A stretch of 64,000 bases of DNA from a virus: IMG/VR virus record IMGVR_UViG_3300049324_000002, positions 82,491 through 146,490 of that record. The stretch is one strand, 5' to 3'. Each line of letters opens with the position of its first letter. The first letter of the stretch is position 1. The translations under genes were made by a program, and so were the position numbers. Below are positions 59,091 through 64,000 of the stretch, in pieces. The notes beneath the pieces are model-generated. The model was not told the DNA's origin, searched no databases, and saw only the letters and a list, made by a program, of their open reading frames with translations.

Positions 59091-59259
59091 TCGTGACAGC
59101 CTGGGTGTGCTAGGGACGTCACGAAGCTCGTCACGAACCGACCCGCTGTCACGACCCTCTATACCGCCTTCTTATGATCTTTTACGTCACGAGATCTGTC
59201 AAAGGATGTAAAGAACAAATGGGACGTTTCGGGCACCCAAGCTGGCACAAGTGTCACGG
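59091..59259. repeat. YGTCACGA octamer repeats, candidate clt transfer locus
   Basis: Copies at 59117, 59129, 59147, 59185, near-copy 59252, inverted copy 59091; intergenic, downstream of the tra genes. Confidence 0.55.
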
Positions 59260-59273
59260 ACAAAACGGACTGA

Positions 59274-59906
59274 TCAGTGCTTGACAGGACAGTGAACCGT
59301 CACGCCAGGGCAGCTACTTTTGCCGCTACGAAAGATCAAACTAAGCAAGAAAAGGCACGCCGGGACACCGACCACCACCGAAAAAATGGCTACCGCATTC
59401 GCCTGAAGCCACGTAGCGACCGCTGAGACGAAACCCCAGAGCTGCAGGCCCAACAGCGACCCCAGGACCACCACAGCCGTGATCCCAAGCCACAACGGGG
59501 CAGCGTTAAGAACGTCAACCCAACGACTCGTGCTAAACGCGCGATCCAAGTCCTCGCGAGAAGAATAGGTCAACTCTCTATTCACGTACTCACGCTGAGC
59601 AGGCTGCTCCGCAACCACAGGCTGAGGAGCAGTCTGAACAGGAGCGTTCTGGGGCATAAACCCCGCAGGAGACTGGCCAGCAGGCAGGTACACACGACGG
59701 CGCGTCACCGTCGTTTCCTCCTCCAACACCACACCAGGCTGCGCGACAGACGCCAACGCTGACCCGGCCACGTGATAAGGACGAAGCGCAGACTCCGCAA
59801 TCCAGTAATCAGTGTTAACAGGGGCGGGTATCACTTCTACGTTTTCCATTAGTCCCATCCAAAGAATCGGGCAGCGTATCGCCTCCGCTCCATGCCCTTG
59901 CACCAC
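59274..59906 (-). CDS. membrane protein (Spd-like; probable start MENVE)
   Basis: Two C-terminal TM and CPG..HCP tail. Confidence 0.7.
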   Translation of the reverse strand: MVQGHGAEAIRCPILWMGLMENVEVIPAPVNTDYWIAESALRPYHVAGSALASVAQPGVVLEEETTVTRRRVYLPAGQSPAGFMPQNAPVQTAPQPVVAEQPAQREYVNRELTYSSREDLDRAFSTSRWVDVLNAAPLWLGITAVVVLGSLLGLQLWGFVSAVATWLQANAVAIFSVVVGVPACLFLLSLIFRSGKSSCPGVTVHCPVKH

Positions 59907-60145
59907 CAGCAGGAGTAATGACTATACGCACCAAACCAACCATAAACTCTCTTCTTGCCCGCACACCACCAACACGGAATGTACGGACGGACCTTACAGT
60001 GCCCAACATACAACACCAGTACGATCCCAATCACGCTCAGCGAGAGCGTGACATCAATCAGAAACACGTCACATAGTACCGACAACACATGGAAAAACCC
60101 AGACACTAACTCTGTGAGAAGATCCAGCACACCCACAGTGACCAC
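59849..60145 (-). CDS. membrane protein with DnaJ-type zinc finger
   Basis: TM then CWWCAG...CWWCKG..RRR. Confidence 0.7.
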   Translation of the reverse strand: MVTVGVLDLLTELVSGFFHVLSVLCDVFLIDVTLSLSVIGIVLVLYVGHCKVRPYIPCWWCAGKKRVYGWFGAYSHYSCWWCKGMERRRYAARFFGWD

Positions 60146-60157
60146 ACCCCTATCCCT

Positions 60158-60193
60158 AAAAAAGGAAAACGTAGAGCCCGCAGGCTCTACGTT
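60158..60193 (-). terminator. intrinsic terminator after traB
   Basis: AACGTAGAGCC/GGCTCTACGTT stem followed by TTCCTTTTTT on minus strand. Confidence 0.8.
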
Positions 60194-60243
60194 AACCGGA
60201 AGACAGGGGGTAAATCAAAACAACTCAGGTCGGAGGGGACAAA

Positions 60244-62673
60244 CTACCCCTTAACAATAACGAACCCATCTGGTGTCTCAGTTACAATCCCCAGCTCCCT
60301 CTCCCAACTACGAAGACGTGGATAAATAATAGTACGTGCCCAACCAGCCTGAGCAATGACATCAGCGAAGTCTCCACCCTTCACCATATCCTTACCCTGT
60401 GCCTTCAACTCCTTAAACCGAACCATCAGTGCAGCATCGAACTTATCCTGCGGCCACGCGTGCTCCTTAGGCACACCCAACCGCAACGGAGGACGATCAG
60501 CCGGACGCACAGGCAGCGGAGCATCAGGATCGATCCGCTCCAACAACGCAAGATCCTCCGCATCAGGAGCATTCTCACCGTAATCAATAACCTGATCAGC
60601 CAACCCAGGAGTACTAATAGTCATCGTTCGACCATCGGCACTACGTTCAGTAGTGACAAAATCATCGCTTTCGACAACGTGCATATCACCCTCTCCATCC
60701 TCTTCACCGTCGTCATACTCGGTCTCAGTACCATTGATGATGCTTTCAACATCACCATTACGCTCCGTGTAAATCTTCAAAGCTTCCGCCATCTCAGTAG
60801 GGGTAGTTCCCGACAACTGAGCCAAGAAACTCAGCACATCAGGCGTAGCCCCAGGCAGAGCAGGAGTCTCCTCATCGGAAGACCCCTCCAGCGGAACATC
60901 ATCTTCCTCAATCCCAGGACCCATCGCTGGATGACCATTCACAGCATCAGCAGCGTTCTTCAACGCATCACCCGTCACCTTCGTAACATTGCGAACCGAA
61001 CCAACTCGCTTCACAACCTCCATCGGCGTGGTGTGATTAGCCCACAACGGCCCGAACGCTGCAGCAGTAACCGGATCCATCGGCTTCAGCTTAGACGCAA
61101 TCTGCGTGGCAGCCTCAGCAAAAGAAATAACCCCGCAATCAAAGTAAGACCGACGCTCAATCACCTTCTCATCAAGCGTCATACCGCCGCGCTGCATGTA
61201 ATGCATACCCGGGGCGGTATCCTTCCAACGCTCAGGATCAGCGCCAGCCTCGACAACCTCGTCATCAAGAACCATCGTGCCGAACCCACCACCCAAACCA
61301 TAACAACGACGAGTACCAAGCTGCTCACGAACAGTCGTACTAATCATGTCATGGCTAGCACGCTGCAGCGAGATGTTGAGCTGAATCCCAGCCGACCGAG
61401 CAGCCAACGCAATCGCGGTAATTTCATCCGTGTCTACAAGATCCCACGCCTCCTCAATATGCAGACGCACCAACGACAACTTAGACTTCAGCGACCACTG
61501 AGCCAGACCCTCCTGCGCCAAAAACTCAGTACGAGCAGGAATAACCTCCTTCGCAATCCGACGCAAAATCGCCTTAGCAGTACCCTCATCAGTAGCCAAC
61601 CAATGCAACGCAGGAGCAAGAGGACCGAACGTCTGCGTCTTCTTCACAGTATCGATGATAATATTGACAGCACCAAGAGCAGCAGTATAAAGGACAATCG
61701 GCTTCTCGCCCTCGCTCTTACCAGAGCCAGTCATCCCCTGAATCAGAGCGTGCTTCGTGCCCTCAGGACGAACCACCCACAAACCACCCTCATCACCATC
61801 AGAGTCGACACCCGTAGGAATCAAACTCATCAGATTCATGCCACGCTTAATCACCACACCCGGCCACGGCACACTCCCCGCCAGCGGATCCTTCAACATC
61901 ACAATCGCTAGCGCCTTGGCTCGCGCACCAAACACCGGCTTACCAGGCGCAGGAAGGATCCTCGTGCTCTTCCGAGGCCACCCCTTCGCGGACTCAATCG
62001 CCGCGATACTGCCCTGAATGTTCTCCACCGTCATGCCCTTAGGCAAAGTAAGGATGCCCTGCATCTTGTACTCACTGACCTGCTTGACATCACCACTCAC
62101 ACCCGGAACACCACCATCCTCCCAATCATTACTCGGAGGATTCGCAGCATCCTTAATATGCTCTCGACTCACACCCTGACGGATATTCCAAATAATCGCT
62201 GCCGCACCACCAAACATCCACCACAAATCAAACGTGGGATGCTCAGGAACAGGAACCCTCCACAACCACCAACTCACGTAAGACATGTGGAACAATCCCT
62301 GATAGGCAGCAAAAATTAAGAAGATACCAATACCAATAACAGTAGCCAACGTGTGACTCAATGACAATACAGAACGAGATTTAGTGGTATGCCACGCGGC
62401 ATAAGCAACCAACCCCGTGGCACCCACCAAACCAGTATAAGCCAGCCAAGTCCAGTCACTGATAGCCAAGAAGGAAGTGTGCACAAGCTGGCCAATAACT
62501 AACGCAGCGACCAGAACAAGCCAAGGACCCAGTAACACTGCATTCTGTGCCTCAACATGACCCGCAGTCGACTTACGACTACCGCTGGCCGCGCTCACAA
62601 CACGGCCAGCCGAGCGCGCCCCACTACCGGCAGCACGCTTAGCTCCCGCAACACGACCTTTACGAGTGACCAC
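60244..62673 (-). CDS. traB: TraB-like FtsK/SpoIIIE conjugative DNA translocase
   Basis: N-terminal TMs, GMTGSGKS Walker A, IEEA Walker B, RSAGI..SLQR, acidic linker, C-terminal wHTH. Confidence 0.88.
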   Translation of the reverse strand: MVTRKGRVAGAKRAAGSGARSAGRVVSAASGSRKSTAGHVEAQNAVLLGPWLVLVAALVIGQLVHTSFLAISDWTWLAYTGLVGATGLVAYAAWHTTKSRSVLSLSHTLATVIGIGIFLIFAAYQGLFHMSYVSWWLWRVPVPEHPTFDLWWMFGGAAAIIWNIRQGVSREHIKDAANPPSNDWEDGGVPGVSGDVKQVSEYKMQGILTLPKGMTVENIQGSIAAIESAKGWPRKSTRILPAPGKPVFGARAKALAIVMLKDPLAGSVPWPGVVIKRGMNLMSLIPTGVDSDGDEGGLWVVRPEGTKHALIQGMTGSGKSEGEKPIVLYTAALGAVNIIIDTVKKTQTFGPLAPALHWLATDEGTAKAILRRIAKEVIPARTEFLAQEGLAQWSLKSKLSLVRLHIEEAWDLVDTDEITAIALAARSAGIQLNISLQRASHDMISTTVREQLGTRRCYGLGGGFGTMVLDDEVVEAGADPERWKDTAPGMHYMQRGGMTLDEKVIERRSYFDCGVISFAEAATQIASKLKPMDPVTAAAFGPLWANHTTPMEVVKRVGSVRNVTKVTGDALKNAADAVNGHPAMGPGIEEDDVPLEGSSDEETPALPGATPDVLSFLAQLSGTTPTEMAEALKIYTERNGDVESIINGTETEYDDGEEDGEGDMHVVESDDFVTTERSADGRTMTISTPGLADQVIDYGENAPDAEDLALLERIDPDAPLPVRPADRPPLRLGVPKEHAWPQDKFDAALMVRFKELKAQGKDMVKGGDFADVIAQAGWARTIIYPRLRSWERELGIVTETPDGFVIVKG

Positions 62674-62707
62674 TCGTACACACCTCTCCTCAAACTCGAC
62701 TTACTTG

Positions 62708-63142
62708 TTACGCAGTGCTAGCAGAACGACGCCTATTAGACCCGCTCTTCTGGTTCAACTTCAATCCATTCTTAGCCGCTGCATTCGTAGTAGAAGTGGT
62801 AGTAGCAAGACCACCATCAGCAGTCCAGTACTGAATGAAGATCTGGAAAGCTGCAGCAGTATCATTCCTAGCAGACTGCACGTTAGTAGCTGCCCGCTTC
62901 AAAGCCTTGGACACCTTCATTGCCTGCGTCTTATTCTCTTTACGCGGATCCATCCCGTGCTTCTGAGAATTCACAACAGGCGTAACAGTCAACGCAGCGC
63001 GCAGGTGATCTCCCGCATCCTCAAGCTCGCGAGACAAATCCTTAAGCAACGCGTTAACCCGATCACTCCACTCCTTGTACTGATCCTCAGTCTGAAAGTT
63101 AGTCTCACCCAACTCAGCGACCCTATTACCCACTGCCATCAC
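62708..63142 (-). CDS. TraA-like plasmid transfer protein
   Basis: Helical protein directly upstream of traB; KVSKALKRAA...AAAF..F pattern resembling Streptomyces TraA. Confidence 0.6.
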   Translation of the reverse strand: MMAVGNRVAELGETNFQTEDQYKEWSDRVNALLKDLSRELEDAGDHLRAALTVTPVVNSQKHGMDPRKENKTQAMKVSKALKRAATNVQSARNDTAAAFQIFIQYWTADGGLATTTSTTNAAAKNGLKLNQKSGSNRRRSASTA

Positions 63143-64000
63143 ATCTCCTCTGTTGAACGGACTGGAGGCTCCAGACCCGCATCTTTACCCCTGCGAACAG
63201 TCGATAAGACTGAACGCAACGACTCCCTCTTCCTATCTGGGAACCGCTCGTACAAATCGGAGGACTCAACTCGCTTCCCCCGCTTCCACACAGAAAGAAT
63301 GTAATCACGTGTGGATATAGTATCGATAGTGCTCTCAGAGACAACAGAAGGCTCCCGACCATTAGTATCGGGAGCCTGCCCTGTCGTACCCGCTGATCCA
63401 TTCAACGACATCGCAGGAACCAACTCAGGCTCAGGAATCTCCATCACCACCGGCTCGGGCATTTCCTCAACCGCAGGCTCAAGCACGGGCACCCGCTGTG
63501 CTGCCGCCACACGCGCCGCCAGGGACTCACCCGGAGCAGGCTGGACGACCGGCCACAACGGCGCTGGAGCGACAGAAACAGGCTCAGGGAGCACCTCCAC
63601 AGTCTCAGGCACGTCAGCAACCTCAGACTCGAGGGGAGCGCCATCACGAAGCAAGTGAGCCAACGACGCACCCAGCCCCAGCACACCCACCGGCAAAACC
63701 GACACCAACGCAGTCACTATCTCCGCCGCTGAAGTAACACCCGCAGCATTCAACAAGTGGAAAGTGACCTGCCCCAAAGCCCCCAACACCAACGCACCGA
63801 TGCTCGACCACTTCGCAAACTCGCGTGCACGATCAGGAACATGGTAACTGTCTCGATTAGCCAGCCACACTCGAATCGCATAAGCAGCATATGCCTCCAT
63901 ACCAATCGGAAGCGTAATCGCAGTGTTAATCTGAAGACCATCCCAGATGCCGGGTAACAGCTTCACCGTGCCAAACCCAGTGAGGCCACGCCCCCCCCCC
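63139..64000 (-). CDS. SpdA/DUF2637-like membrane spreading protein, 5'-truncated by the window
   Basis: LPIGMEAYAAYA.RVWL, GQV.FHLL, LPV.VLG.GA.LAHL; frame is open to the window edge. Confidence 0.75.
   Translation of the reverse strand, partial: GGGRGLTGFGTVKLLPGIWDGLQINTAITLPIGMEAYAAYAIRVWLANRDSYHVPDRAREFAKWSSIGALVLGALGQVTFHLLNAAGVTSAAEIVTALVSVLPVGVLGLGASLAHLLRDGAPLESEVADVPETVEVLPEPVSVAPAPLWPVVQPAPGESLAARVAAAQRVPVLEPAVEEMPEPVVMEIPEPELVPAMSLNGSAGTTGQAPDTNGREPSVVSESTIDTISTRDYILSVWKRGKRVESSDLYERFPDRKRESLRSVLSTVRRGKDAGLEPPVRSTEEM

Noticed and set aside
60460-61911. 483-aa plus-strand ORF
   Set aside because: Shadow of traB with no motifs.
63991-64000. Terminal C10 run
   Set aside because: At the window edge and interrupts the expected protein pattern; likely a sequencing or assembly artefact.
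2791-64000. Effector for the array, reverse transcriptase/DGR, integrase or transposase within the window
   Set aside because: No RAMP G-loop, YxDD, tyrosine/serine recombinase or DDE motifs were recognised; a remote homologue cannot be excluded without profile searches.

Overview
This window looks like 64 kb of a large actinobacterial phage or phage-plasmid genome. GC is roughly 50% by eye, genes lie almost entirely on the minus strand, and the plus strand is strongly A/C-skewed. From left to right: (1) 1-2620 is a non-coding, left-truncated array of about 78 units. Each unit has 4-7 phased pentamers (plus strand G-A-N-N-N; minus strand N-N-N-T-C) punctuated by GTC/GAC, and the array sits directly behind its own sigma70-type promoter and next to a tRNA-Lys(UUU). 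This is the best candidate for an undescribed system, most plausibly a multi-guide ncRNA array whose protein partner lies outside the window. (2) 2.8-14.5 kb holds small genes with several paralogue expansions, a WhiB1-like regulator, a lipoprotein/membrane-protein pair and a stand-alone FtsH-like peptidase. (3) 14.7-15.6 kb is a compositional break with repeated palindromes and an AT-rich tract (candidate origin or terminus). (4) 16.4-29.6 kb is a run of about 20 promoter/leaderless-gene cassettes starting ATGACGAAC (MTN...), including a CDF transporter and a tRNA-like RNA. (5) 29.7-33.4 kb is a virion fibre/adhesin island. (6) 35-48.6 kb carries DNA metabolism genes: UvrD-like helicase, SLOG protein, DnaQ/Orn-like exonuclease, beta clamp, RecB/Cas4-like nuclease, DNA methyltransferase, Mre11, the N-terminal half of Rad50 and an HNH nuclease. 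(7) 48.7-58 kb has a glycosyltransferase/nucleotide-sugar dehydrogenase cluster, an iron permease and a MetE-like enzyme. (8) 58-64 kb is an actinomycete conjugation module (SpdA-like, TraA-like, TraB/FtsK) with a clt-like repeat. All calls come from motif recognition by eye; no database searches were run and all counts are manual and approximate.
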